A stretch of DNA of 61,947 bases, filler included, from Choristocarpus tenellus KU-1152 (Eukaryota > Protista > Phaeophyceae), in assembly GCA_964200185.2 (NCBI GenBank). It is 11 parts of 11 records of this genome, joined end to end, with 100 filler letters (N's around TTAATTAATTAA, not from the genome) between each part and the next. Parts side by side here need not be neighbours in the genome. Positions count along the whole stretch, not along the records: positions 13,233 to 16,760 come from CAXNAD020019444.1; positions 16,861 to 24,532 come from CAXNAD020005777.1; positions 24,633 to 32,676 come from CAXNAD020005233.1; 8 more parts are not named here. One strand, 5' to 3'. Positions 13,233 to 26,539 of the stretch are shown piece after piece (the stretch's first letter is position 1; each line of letters starts with the position of its first letter). The position numbers were made by a program, and so were the translations under genes. The notes beneath the pieces are model-generated. The model made no database searches. It had not been told where the DNA came from and saw nothing but the letters and a program-made list of their open reading frames with translations.

Positions 13233-13892
13233 ATTCGCGTGTAACAAACGCATGCACTTCGTTGAAATACAAGAAGAAACGCTCGCGCTATTCGCCTGTA
13301 ACAAATAAACGAAAACCTAAATTCAAAACAGCCCATCGTATATTTTTGAATTCCTCATGCAAACACCGGGACAACAGACCCTAACCAACAGCCTTCTTTG
13401 CGTACATACCAAATACGACTCATGCGAGCAAATAAACGAAAAACTAACCTCAAAACAGTCCATGGCATATTATTAATTCCTCGTGCTAACACTGGGACAG
13501 CAGACCCTGACCGGCAGTCCTCTTTGTGTACATACCAAATCCCACTCAAACAACCCAACAAACATTAAACTAACCCTATAGCAACTAATGACATATTTTT
13601 CATTCATCATGCTAACTATAGGACCAACATACCCAACAATTACCCTGTTTGAACACATTCAAAATCCGACACATGCAAACGTCGAAACTCCTAACCCCAA
13701 CCCAAAAAAAATGGTGGCATATTTTCCCATTCCTCGTGCGTATGCAAGGACAGAACGGACCCTAACCAACAGCCCTCTTTTCCCCCTACACATCGCAAAT
13801 CCGACACGTGCAACCAAATCACGCCAAAGTGAAAATCGAAAAAAGGGTCAAAAACGGACGCCGGCACTCTCCCCTCCCAGATTCGTTGACTC
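13233..13892. mobile_element. End of a larger Sola2-like element with ~125-bp subterminal tandem repeats
   Basis: Four imperfect units (~13308, 13434, 13557, 13680) with an ACCCTAACCAACAGCC core, then AAAAACGGACGCCGGCAC...CCCAGATTCGTTGACTC matching the 54068-54135 terminus. Confidence 0.75.
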
Positions 13893-13902
13893 ACTGGTCA
13901 AA

Positions 13903-14250
13903 CTAGTGCACTATAGTGGTGACGTTCACCATGGGATCTAAACCTCCTGGCATCTTGACAATATCTTCGTCATTCTCGAGTACAAGAGGTCCCCTCTTCG
14001 TGCTTCCATACTTCTGAAGGGGATGCTGCGTTGCGGACAATTGTATTGTAGGATCTGTTATACTCCAGAGTAGAATATCAAAAGCCAACTTGGCCTTGAC
14101 GACATCTTCTTCACTCATCCCTTCCTTCTTGATGAAGTTGATGTCACCTACACGAAACAACCCTCCTTACCCTTCAAGGTTCGGTAAATGTGGCCATTTT
14201 TCTTCCAAGAATCACGCATCATGTCAAACCAGTCACCACAATTGTCTTCC
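13903..14250 (-). pseudogene. Possible Copia-like gag fragment
   Basis: EEDVVKAKLAFDILLWSITDPTIQL loosely resembles Copia gag; no diagnostic motif. Confidence 0.25.
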
Positions 14251-14559
14251 GACAATTGGAGGGGTTTCTATTAGTATCCTTCTGAGGCTTTGAGTGTGGT
14301 CTACATACCCGAACTGCTCCAGTTCCGACTGCAGCTCCTCTACCTAGAATATTTTCATGACGCTTAGTGTGTTGATAAGCTTCGCGAATATAGTCTCGTG
14401 TTGACGATAACTGCTGCAGGGTTACATGGCGAACATGAACTGATTATTCATTTTCTTATGGGACTCCTATCTTTCCTATTACCTGAAGTACAAACAAAGA
14501 CTGACTCATCATACCGCTATATATGGTACTACCATGTATTATACCAAACGTTACATAAA

Positions 14560-15810
14560 TGTACATGAAACTGTCGCAATGTCTTACATGCTTGTATCAG
14601 CACACACAACATAATCATAACACCAGTCTTCCCGACATACACTATCATGTGGGATTTGTAACGTCAACATGGATAACTACAGAATAATGTTATCACTTGA
14701 TCACAAGTACCGTATGATACACAAAGGAAAATCTAATACGAGGTCTCTACAATATATAATCCAGGGATAGAACTAAACTGGAAATGTATAAATTCATGGA
14801 AACATAGGACCGGCTCTGTTTTTCCTAATCTACTTCACCAATAGTCTAATGCTCAAGTAAAGTGAAATATTCACATCAATATATTGGACATCCTAAATCC
14901 CAAATGGTACTTGCGTTTACATCAATTTCATATCGGACTGTGGGTTTGTGTGCATATGGTCGATGTGGAATGCTCAGACTAATTCAATATTGAACAAGGC
15001 CTCCGTCAAGGGTGTGTTCTTATCCTATTTCTATTTGATCTCTTATTCACTGCAGTGCCTACAATTATAAGTGGAGAGGTTGGGCACCAAAATCCTAACC
15101 CAAAGGGAATATCCCCGTGGAGAAGTTTTACACATATGATGAGAGTTAAGAAGGCACACCAGGGACTATGGAATGGTGGGAGGACAGCAAGCCACACTTC
15201 CAGTTGTTGAAATTGTGCTGTATGGTGTATGCTGATGATGTAGGCATTCTTGTTTCAATGACTCAAGAGGGTTTGAGCAAAATGATGAATGCTATCGCCA
15301 CAGTATGCCAGCCGTTTGGACTGAACATGTCAGAGAAGGAGACGGAAACAATGTGGCTCCGGGTCCTCAACAGGCCAGCGTCGGAAATAAATATCGAGGT
15401 TGGAGGATAATGGTATCAGCAGACTGAAGTACAGCAAAGAATGATATGATCGTGCAGTAGGTATACTACTTGAGCTAAATATTTGGATGCTCAAAGCTGA
15501 AGTACTCGAGACTCTGCTGTACAGATGCGTGATGTGGACACTAAGAAAGGATCATTACGCCCAACTCTGTGCCTAACACTGTAAATCCCTACAGTCCACA
15601 AACAGAACAGTACAGAGTACCCATGTCGTACAGGGAAGTCCCTAAGAGAACTGGATGTAATTGGCTCTGAGATTGCGGTAGTCGCAAAAAGGAGGGTGTT
15701 ATTTGGAGGTATAATGTTACAAATGAACGATGGTCGTTTGCCCAAGAATCTCATGCTGTAGGGGGAGAACAGTAAAACCAATTGAGGGGCAGGAAGACTT
15801 CGACCCTTTT
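14560..15810 (+). mobile_element. Decayed non-LTR retrotransposon (RTE-like LINE) reverse transcriptase
   Basis: IEQGLRQGCVLILFLFDLLFTAV (14990-15058); CMVYADDVGI...FGLNMSEKETETM (15220-15355); QMNDGRLPKNLML.GE (15720-15770); many stops and frameshifts. Confidence 0.85.
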
Positions 15811-15865
15811 GCATTCTATACTATCTTTCTTACCCGGTGCAATCAATGAACTATATTCCATTGCT

Positions 15866-16123
15866 GAGCCAAAGTGTCTTAGAGGGTAGGGCCGCGTCCA
15901 TTTGGGGGTCAAAATCCAATGTTGCGATTTTGATGTAATTTTGGCGATTATGTTTGTTAGTAAGTGTTAATATATTTATTTTTCGGGCACACCTTTTCAT
16001 AACGTATACATTTTCCTATTCCAAAACGTTTTGGAGTAGGAAAATGTAGAAAAACCCCATGGGAAGCCAAGCCCCAAATGGACAAACAGGGCAAAACTCG
16101 TACTCTCTAAGATACTTTGACTC
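15866..16123 (+). mobile_element. ~258-bp MITE, Sola2-like, complete with TSD TGCT
   Basis: TIRs GAGCCAAAGTGTCTTAGAGGGTA / TACTCTCTAAGATACTTTGACTC; TGCT on both flanks. Confidence 0.92.
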
Positions 16124-17829
16124 TGCTTTATGTACACAGTAGTGTACGCAAAATTGATACCTTCCCTTTCCACACACAAAGTGACGCCACAATTGAGCAA
16201 CGGCTCATTCTGCAATCATACAAAACCACTTTTTGCCCTTTCTCGGGATCCTTTAAAAGGGTTAGTTGCGGAGGTAGTTTGGTGGTCTTCCCACACATGT
16301 TGTTGATGTAGGGCGTTGAACTGGAGGGTTTTCTGGAGTTTTTCTAGAGGGGATAGATCAAAGATGGTAAGCAAGGAAACGATAGTACAGAAGTCTGACA
16401 TTTATCTCTTCTTTAGTCTGTGTTGCACGCGTTTTGTGATGATGGGTCGGAGTATGTTGTAGATTCCTTCAACAATATCTACCAATTATTTTTCTTTCAA
16501 TGAAGGATTCTATATACTATCTAAAACTATATTAATGAGATTGTTGGTGATAGCCAATCAAATCAATTAGTACAACATACCATTACCTCCATTATAGTAT
16601 ATGTAGTAGTTTCCCCCTGACACATCTGCAAAATGTCAGAGGGCATAATAATAATATGTAGTAGTAGTACTAATCTATTATCTTTTTTTTGCTCACGAAT
16701 TCTGGATTATTATTATTATTTTGCACATTCCTATTTTCTTATTCCTCAATCCTCTATTCCNNNNNNNNNNNNNNNNNNNNNNNNNNNNNNNNNNNNNNNN
16801 NNNNTTAATTAATTAANNNNNNNNNNNNNNNNNNNNNNNNNNNNNNNNNNNNNNNNNNNNTGCCTTCCGTTCAGAGTTTCACACTACTGCCGGGGATCCA
16901 TTCATCGGATATGATGAGAAAAAAGAGTTAGGAGTTATCACCTGAAAATAAACATTTTCTACCAATAAAATATGACCTAGTCTCCATACGACTACATTGG
17001 CGCATTGTCCCATGGCCAAATCTCAGTTGCAGTCAGAACCCTTCTACTGTGTACCACTCCATAAGCTCAAGCTTTGTTACATTATGTGCGTACTGTGGCT
17101 ATGAACAATACTTGGAAGTAAATAACTTTCACATTGCCACTGCAAGCAAGAGTAGATTGTCACTGTTACATACTGAAGCCATGCTCATGGGCTGATGATA
17201 GGCTCAGGGCTATGATTCCTTGTACCTCATAAAATGTATCATTACTATTGCACCTTGGAAAAGACTAATAGTACTGATGCCATTCTTACCTTCCAGCCCT
17301 ATACCACTCAATTCATTGCAAGACCAACCCTACACTCTATCAGGTTGGAGCGTGGTGGAAGAAGCGATCATCTGACTGCATCCACGGACACAAAAGTTCC
17401 GTGGAACGTACAAACATGTGGTCGACAATCAACCCCTCCTATAAACTGACACAGGCCTCTTCCGCATTGAGGGACCTGGTCATAACCTCCCTTCAACTGG
17501 ATGTCCAGTGTTGTGTAGACGCCTTCGTAAAATAAATAAACTGGTTGAGGGCACCTACACCTTACCTACACAAGCAACAAGAAGCTTCACGTATTAGCCC
17601 GAATGGAACCAAAAACTCGACCAACATGGCTGGTGGTGCCCCAATGAAAAAGACAATTGTCTGCAGGTGTTGAGACCGAATGAGGTAGGAGTATCATTGA
17701 CAGTATCAAGTATATTCGATATACCTTCTATGACCTACATTTTACTCACACTAGCAATAGTCGTGCTATCCCACCAACCACACAACAGAAAGATGCGCTG
17801 ACCTGTAACACTACCTCAACTCTACTGAC

Positions 17830-20800
17830 CTGTGTTGAATTCTTTTTCCCAAACGCGCACCCATGGGGGCAACTCCCACAGTCTACACAACCCTTAGCAT
17901 TCCTGGGAATTGGTTTGGGCTTAAACCCACGCTTCTCAGCCCCCTCCCATAGCTTCCTGTTGTGTTGATTCACCTCCAGCGATGGATCCGCTGATTGGCA
18001 ACCAGGAGCTCTGTGGGAGTAATCAATGTTCACCTTATTTTCACACAGAAACAGAGGGGTGGGTGGAAAGAGTCAAGGGTGCCAGTTGCGGGATTGGGGG
18101 GTTGGGGGGTAGGGTATTGGGTGTGATGTACATGAGAGAGATCCAAAAAGGTTGGTAGGGTGCCTCCGGGGAACAAGAAGGCCATCATGTTGAAGGGCAA
18201 TGTGGATCAAGTACGAACAAACATGTGGAAAATGATACTCACTCCTAGGCGGTTGCAAACTGCATCCAGGGCTTCATCAAAGACACCTCCAGCATCAAAG
18301 ATCTTCAGCCTGAAGCGATTCGCCCACTCCGCCCTCACATGCCTAGTGCGGGCCAGGTTGGGAGGTTGGGTGGGTAGTGCATAGAGTCTCGTGTTGAAAT
18401 ACCAATCCACAGAAAGTTCCTACACTACAACAGATGGCACACATGTGCCAAATGCTTCCCCTGTTGTTGAATAGCTGAAGTGGTTCCTTCATTTTCACCT
18501 TGAGAATATTGGGGTGTCAGATTAGTGCTTTGAGGTATTAGCAAGTGGGTTGGAAGGATATTGCAGCGTAAATTGACGCACTAATATAAAACCTAACTCC
18601 ACACTGAATCCATTTGCCAATGCCCTGCATTTCACATAGAAGATCGTTCCTACCCCCCACAACCACAGTATCGCTACAGGTCCAAACCATAGCACCCCAG
18701 GGCAAAACCATAGCGTTCTACACCTGACCTCATATTCTTCTCCCCTCCCATTTCTGTCTTGATCTCAACTAGTCCCCTCTCATATTCTACCCCGATGATT
18801 TAAGTCGTTACCTACTCTACTCACCCAACATTATACTGCCGTTAGGACAGCAATTGTAATGCGTAAGGGCATGTCTCAAGGCCCAGCCCTGGATCTATTT
18901 GCAACGATCTAGAAATTTCTGACTCCAATATACACATGCAAGAAAGGTGCACCTCACAAAATGTTCCCAAATTCCCCATGTCATGCTATTTGTATTATTC
19001 TTCCTGTGCCATCCATACTACGACCCAAGTCTTATTTACTCTTCTTGGTTCAGAAGTATTGCATCAAGCTCAGCAAGGCAAATGATACCTCAAGGGCATG
19101 GAAAACGAACAGAGCTCCCCATATTGGCCCCAGATAGGAAAAGTACGAAGGACTAGGAAAGTTTTCAAGTCTCTCCTTTTGTAAAAAAAGGTTTCTTACG
19201 TAAGCATCCGAAAGTTTCCCTGTTTTTTCCAAATCACCTTCAAAAATCATGCCTCACCCCAACAGTAGCAGTCCTCACCATGCTATATCTTAACAAAAAC
19301 CTACTCATCTCCATTGCTTACCATATGTATATATATATATATATATGTGCCAACCATCGGAAGCTAAAAAGACCACCTCTCTAATGCAGAAAGAGAGAGA
19401 ATAACATCAACTCTATGACCAACTCCTACTACCATGGAACTACAATTACACCTTACCAGCAGACACCAAATCATAATTGGGCAAGAACCACTTACAATGC
19501 ACCAGAGAAAATCCTGTTGTTTGTCAACTGCTTCTCTCTACTCATAATACCTTATGTTAACATCAGTCCCCAAGACACATTTCACTAGAGTCAACTGTCA
19601 CGGACAAGGATCATTCCTGGTACTCAGGACACCTTTGCTTGCTGACTACCTCTAAACCTAACCCTCACCCTCACCCCTACCCTTGAGTGATCTAGAAATA
19701 AGTACTGATGACAGCAAGCAGCAGCAACATTAGGAATTTCGAAGTTTATTCTAAACTAGAAGTTTGTTCATGCAAAGTACTCCTCCAAGCAGTGTATAAA
19801 ATCCCTTGCCCATGTCCTCACATGCACCAAAAAGAGTGACTCTTAATATTTTGTGGAATATGTTTCAATGCTTCCCTGTGGGGCAAACTTTCAGTAGTGC
19901 AATGGCACAACCAGTCTTGTTATTGTACTTGAATAAAACGTGGATAAGGGCATAATGGAGGTCACCTTCTCTATGCTGGCATCACACAAGTCAGTGGACT
20001 AGCAAGAAATTACCTCATTTAACTCTAGGGCAGTACTGTGCATTATGTGACAGCTTCACAAGTTGATCTTAAAGTAATACAAAACTCAGTTATGACCTCA
20101 AACCATTGCATCTGACCCCATTCGCCAGCCCTAAATCTAGCCAAACCTCACATGACCTAACCTTGGAGTGCGGAAGCTAGCACTCCAGTTAACCACTGTA
20201 CCTCCTCCAACACAAGAACCAGCAAGAAGAACGATGCCACCATCCTCAGTGCTCAACACACCCTGATAAAATCAGGAGTCCAAGTTTAAAGGTGCTAGGG
20301 TTAAGATCAAGTGGAGAAGCACAGTAGAAAATTTGGTGTCGCTGGCGGAGGGCATGAACTTCTTGGGTGTGTGCACATCGTCTAGGGGAAAATGCCCCTA
20401 CTATATTCTAAATATTGAATAATGTGCCTTTCTCCACAGAAATAACATGCACATAACTTCAATAGCATTTATTGAAACTTTGAGGAATTACAACTGAGTA
20501 AAGTACTGACACTGAACAAAGAGGTTTCAAATATCAAACTACAAATCTGTGTGGCCGTTTGTGCTTTGAACCTTACAGCTTGCCAGGCCTAGTCAACATC
20601 AACCACAAAACAAATCTTATCACAACAAAAACCTTCCTGCTTCTCGTATAGTGCCTGAAATGCCTCCATCTCTGAAAACCTCTTGAAGTCTACTTCCGAA
20701 TACAGTCCCCCTTTCTCCAATACCGCCACATTGAGGCCTCTTCCAGCCAAAATGCCTGCAGCGCACCCCCCCCCTGCCCCAGAGCCCACCACGACCACGT

Positions 20801-23365
20801 CCACCTCCATTTCCTTGGGTGGGGGGGGTACATGTGTGCCCGATGCGGTGACTGACCTTGGAGTTGGCATTGCATCAGAGGGTGATGTGGTACCTGTGGG
20901 AGAAACCTGATGGGAACCTGCCAGGGTTGCCGATGTTGCTTTCAGAGCAGGCTCAGCTGTGTTCGACGCCTGAGTTCCGAGTTGTGTTGATCAAGAGGGT
21001 ACAATTGGCACAATTTACTGTTTGCAGTGGTGAGGAGATGGAATGCACACTTACCAGAGTGTGGACCAATTGTGGACAACAGGCAGTAGTATTGCTCTTC
21101 CTATTCATTCTGAGCACACAAGGTATTGTACCACATCAAGACTTCTGGGGGGCAATTTTGGTGGACATTAAATATAGTTGAGCTTCAAAGAAGGGAGAAA
21201 GAGCAACAGAATCCTGTCAATTGGCTAAAAAGTACTTTGCAACAAGCGGTAGAGCAGGAAAATGATTGTTGAAAACTGAAACAATAGTATGGCACATGGT
21301 CCAATTCTGTGACTTACAGCTGCAGTTAAATTAACTTCAATAACGGCATTGAAATCAAGGGGTTTGATATAATCGATTTTTTTTCTTCAGCAAAATTCTA
21401 TATTGGTGCTCTAATAAAATGTCCTCGCCGTACGTAGCACCCCATGCATATTACATGCCCCACTTTTTGTGCTGTGCACGCATTTTGATTGAAATATAAT
21501 GAATTAAACACTTCTTGGTCAATTATATTTCCATCACCAAACCTTTGACTAATGGCACTACACAGTGCACTAAATCTTTTGCAGAGTCACTGCACTCTCC
21601 ACCTTCCCTCACCTCATGGATGTGTATCATTTAGAGTTAGGGCAAGATGTAAGGTTTAGCAACTGGTTTATGAAGCTGATACCCTACCTCTACGAGTTCA
21701 ATTTACTTAACTTGACCAGGCGTTCATGCTGCGGTTCATATCGAAGCTCAGTCCAGCTACTGTTCCTCTTCACCCAAGCATCATCTCCTTCAGACTTTCC
21801 AGAAGATATTAAGGTCTTAGAATCAGGGTGAGCACAGAAGTAGAGTGAGCACGCAAGATGTTTGACTCCCTGAAGGGTTGTAAACAAGGTAGCAGGGTAG
21901 AAGGGACAGGGCAAGGGTGAATGGGAAACACGACAACTGTTTACAGTTGAAACAATATGATATGAACATTCCTGGCTTGAGGGTGGAGCGCGCTTGGAAG
22001 CCTTACACCCTAACCCATTATTCATCTCATCCTCAACCTCAGCCAGAATAAATGTTCCTTCAAAACAGCGCAATAGGAAGGCACAGAGCTGACATAGGTG
22101 AATGTGGTCTAACTCCTGCACCAACAAACGTGACAAGCAAAATACTCAGGATACTAATATACCAGAGAAAAGAGGGGGGTGCTAAGAGTCGTTGCAACAG
22201 CTCACAAAAAAATAGCGAAGACCAATGGTTTGTGTTTGTGTGTGTATGTGTGTGTGGTTGTGTGTGTCTTGACCTGAAATGCCTTCCTGAATGTTGGCAC
22301 CCTGGATCGGGACCACCCTCTCATTAACGCGTGACGAGATGAAAAGGCCTGCTTGTGGAAGGGCACTGCACGCCCTGTCAGCAGCAAAGAACCGGCGCGT
22401 GTGCTAAGGAGAAGGAATAGTAACCGCAGCCCTGTCATTCGATTTATTCGAAAAAATTGAGAGTTAGGGGGTAGGGGAACACTGAGTTGACTTGTTGCGG
22501 GAGTGCATGGTAGTGTACATACCTCGAGTGACCATACATAAAAGTTTCCACTATTCTATTGATATACTCCGAGTACATGTTACAAAGAGTGGGAGAGGGT
22601 TATATGGGATAGTGCCTACTAGAGTCTCACTGGAACGTGGTGGCATCACAGAATCAAGAGGTTCCACCCCGGCCGAGCTTTGTTTGGCCTCTCACCTGAG
22701 AGTTGTTCAGGTGGAACGTTAATCTGGAAGCCCTTGGCCAGCAGACCCGCAACTCCTACCTCAGATGCTGGCCGACCAAGTATTCCCAGGCATCTCCAAG
22801 CCAAGGATCGGACATACGCCTCCAGGAAGGGGGACAAACGAGTAGGCGACAACTCAGCTCCACAGTCCTTGACCCAAAGTTCCTCGCGAATACGAGCAAC
22901 GACCTGGGGTAATTGGGGGACCGACATATTAAGGGAACTTTCTGCCAGAAAATCCATATTCGATGTTGGCGAAATAAGCTGCAGGTCGTGCTCGCATCAA
23001 GCAAGATATAGAGTTCGAAACACAAGAGCACAAGGCCATCAGCGTAGAAAGTGTCTTTGTTTAGCGACTTCACCTCTTCAACTACCAATGAAGTCCCCTC
23101 AGGCGTTGTCACCTCAAATCCAGGTAGAAGGGTGTCGCACATGGCCTCAAGCACCTCGAACTCTCTAAGGCCTAGCCAGGATACCTCGCTTGGTATGGCG
23201 CGATCATCAAGACCATCGCGATGTGCAAGAGTTATCGGTAAGTTTCCCAACTTCTTCTTATCACCCTGCCAGCATCTCCGAGAGATGAAACCACAATACA
23301 ACCCTATAGACAAGATAACTGCCACCACTGAGGTCCAGTTGAGATTCTCCTCAAACGTATTCATG
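17830..23365 (-). CDS. Long-chain fatty alcohol oxidase-like GMC oxidoreductase, multi-exon, 3' part missing
   Basis: Exons encode [12 protein letters not shown] (~23150), [28 protein letters not shown] (22432-22274), FAD-binding [31 protein letters not shown] (~20805-20710), [22 protein letters not shown] (20263-20162), HVRAEWA (18344-18243) and [27 protein letters not shown] (18033-17830). Confidence 0.9.
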
Positions 23366-24632
23366 ATGTTTAATCTGACTTGATGTCGGAGGAAAGGACC
23401 AGAAACTGAAGGTGTGATGTGCACTTCTTACAGAATACCCCCCTAACTGGAATACACTGTATTTCTCTCACCTCATTTCCGAATCATTTTGATGTCCTTG
23501 CAGAACCATTTCACATCATGTTTCGAACCATTTATAGTCGTTTCAATGACTTCAAAAACACTTCCTCATCATAAGGGTTAGGGTTAGGGTTAAGGTTATG
23601 TTTTAAATGTTTTAAGGGGTGATTAGACCCTCCCGCACTCCATCTACAAGTTCTGCCTTTGTCCTGCCTTCTTTTTATTATGGAGGTTCTTCTCGCGAAA
23701 CTGCTGGTTTGCTGCCCTTATAAGAATTCGAAGAACAGTCTCGAGAAGAGTATGACCAACAGCTGAGAGGCATTGCAGGGGACTCGCCTAAACCTAGCCT
23801 AGCAACCGTCGTAGTCTAGCAACCATCGTACTATGCTTCTGACATAGAAATTCTCGGTGTTTTTTAAGTAGGTGTTTGGGAAGGGATATATATAAGCATT
23901 CCGGATCACCACCATTGTTGAGGGATGCCAATCGTTGGATCCTGGGGCTCAAGTTCTGGGAAGGGGAATCGTGTGTGAGGCTCATAACTTGTTGGACCTG
24001 GGGTTGAATGCATCGTGCTCTCTTGTACAGCGAAGGGTTGTTTGTAGTGAAGGGATGTATGCCATAGTGCAGTGAAGCACCGATGAGTTCATGTTGGTGA
24101 ACCTTGGGGCATGCTCTCCTCAGTCAGAGGCTATTCTGTACGGCGATATTGGGTAATCCTTGGCGCATTCAAAGGAAAAGATTCATCCTATACGTGTAGA
24201 GGCTTGTCACCTTGTGAAGAAGGGTTTTACGGATGTTTTAACTCTGAATAAAATACCGAGTTGTGTATCAGGTAGACTTAATACAAATTAGTTGGATGTG
24301 TGAACGGGGTCCAAAAGCAACAAAAGAAAAAAAGAATAAACAATGTATGAGATACAAATAAGTAGTGGTTTGATGTGAGGATAAAAAGAAACACAAAACT
24401 TCCATCAATATCTGACACCTATGATGTAGCAAATAGTGTATTTATATGTTTGAGAGGTATGGGCTGTTTTATACTGGTTATATAGTATAGAATTGCAACT
24501 GTAGTCCATGATTTTATACTTGTCAGGGAGAGNNNNNNNNNNNNNNNNNNNNNNNNNNNNNNNNNNNNNNNNNNNNTTAATTAATTAANNNNNNNNNNNN
24601 NNNNNNNNNNNNNNNNNNNNNNNNNNNNNNNN

Positions 24633-24678
24633 GTAAAAAACGGACGCCGACACCCCCCCCCCTCAGATACTTTGACCC
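24633..24678. mobile_element. Sola2-like TIR end (GGGTCAAAGTATCT subfamily)
   Basis: AAAAAACGGACGCCGACACCCCCCCCCCTCAGATACTTTGACCC. Confidence 0.8.
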
Positions 24679-24981
24679 ACTTGAGTGTATACCCAACGAA
24701 GCAGGGGAATGACACAAGCACCGCAATATATTCCACAAAAAGGCTGCCTCCTCTATGTGCGTTAAGATGCAAATTTGAAGTATTTTCCATGGAAGATGAC
24801 CTAGGATTTCGTTGTTTGTATGGCAGAGTTCCAGACTCCTAGCCTGCGTTCCCCACATACCATCAACCTACAGCCTAATTGTTGGAAGGAGGTGTGCTTG
24901 AATCGTGGCTTTTTTGGCAATAGTTGTGGAAGCACAGGGGGAGCATGAGTTGGATGTGAAGATGACCATGTCAAATAATGT

Positions 24982-25075
24982 GAGTCAAAGTATCTGGGGG
25001 AGGGAGGCGGCTGTCCATTTGAGGTCCATTTTTCCATATTGTGATTTTAGGGTAACTTGCTTGCGTGCTTGGGAT
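24982..25075 (+). mobile_element. Sola2-like TIR start, third subfamily (GAGTCAAAGTATCTGGGGGAGGG...CTGTCCATTTG)
   Basis: Reverse-complement similarity to 40559-40649; same terminal 14-mer and GTCCATTT subterminal motif as the MITE. Confidence 0.75.
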
Positions 25076-26311
25076 TTAAGATGTATTTTGTAGATATGTG
25101 TGTGGATTATACTTATAGTTGCGTTAGGGTAAGTCCGGCAAAGCATGCTGTCACTGCTTCCAGGGATTTCTTATTTTGGACTCTTACTAAGGAAAAGAAT
25201 GGTTAAGGTTGGTTTAAGTATGAAGTACTCATGTTTGCATGCTTTTGCTCATTAAGTATTGATAAATATTTTGTCATTAGTTAGGGTTAACCGGTGGTTT
25301 GGGTCTCATGAAGTGAACAAATGTTTACATCCATTGTGAAGAAGCATGACTAATCGGGCTTTGGAATTAGTCAGATTAGTTTGAGTGAAACGATTTGTTT
25401 TTGTTTTTTATGTTAAATGATGAATAGTGTATTTGCTTATTTGGACTTTAATTGAAGCGACCAAATTGTTTAATTGATTCAAGTATGGTGAGGTATGTCA
25501 CAACGAACTTCTTTTTGTAGGCGTTAGTCGATAGTATGGTATGCTGGGTGGGGGGCTTGGTTGGGGTAAGCGAGAGATATGCTGGAGCTGGAAAGGGTTA
25601 GGGACAAGTTTGTTCAAAAACTTGGGAGGGTTTTTGGAACATCTCCAAATGAAGTTAATGTTGGGGTTAGTGGGTTGGGGTGACGGCTGTCCATGTGGGT
25701 GAGGGGTGGGCCATGTCACGGATTTCAGTTGATTTGGTTACAACAGTAGAGCATGAACAATGCATTTTATATGCCTGGTTGTATGTACATGTCTGTGGGC
25801 TTAGGAAGTATAGAAAATAGAGAGTCATCATTTAGTGTCATTATTCATTAATTAATTTGATTTTGGAATAATGTGATGAATTCCTTGACCGGTAACACTA
25901 CGGTGAAATCCATTAGGGAAATTACCTGTTGACAGATGCATGCTTAATTTTGGATGCATATAACTTGCAGGCGTCGAAGGCTGTGACAGTTTGGCACAAA
26001 CGAGAGGTATTCCGGAGCTGCGAAGGGACGGCGATTTAAGCTTGCTCAAAATGTGAATATTTATCCGGAATTTTAGTATGAACAAGTGGAACAGTCTTCG
26101 ATCATTAAAACCAAGGCGGAAGTGTACCCTCCGTTGGTCGAAAGGTTGGGCTAGTTTCGAATGTGTTTGTGTTTGACGGAGGTTAGAGATACTGTTTGTA
26201 AAGTAAACATCCCCAAACGGCCTTACCCTGTGATCACCAAAGTACCCCACAACAATGAAGAGAATATATGATAAGGATTCTGGCGTTCCCCAACATGGTG
26301 CGATGAGGACA

Positions 26312-26521
26312 GAGTGAAAGTATCTTAGAGGGTATGAGTTTTTCCCTGTTTGTCCATTTGGGGCTTGGCTTCCCATGGGTTTTTTCATGACATTTTCTTA
26401 CTCCAAAATGTTTCGGAGTGGGTAAAATGTATACGTTATGAAAAGGTGTGTCCGGAACAAGGATATTGACACTTCCTAACAACACAATAGCCACAATGAC
26501 ATCAAAATCGCAACATTAGAC
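26312..26521 (-). mobile_element. Truncated ~255-bp Sola2-like MITE copy
   Basis: GAGTGAAAGTATCTTAGAGGGTA... through AAAATCGCAACATT; second TIR missing. Confidence 0.9.
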
Positions 26522-26539
26522 ACTGCATATTGTTTAAGG

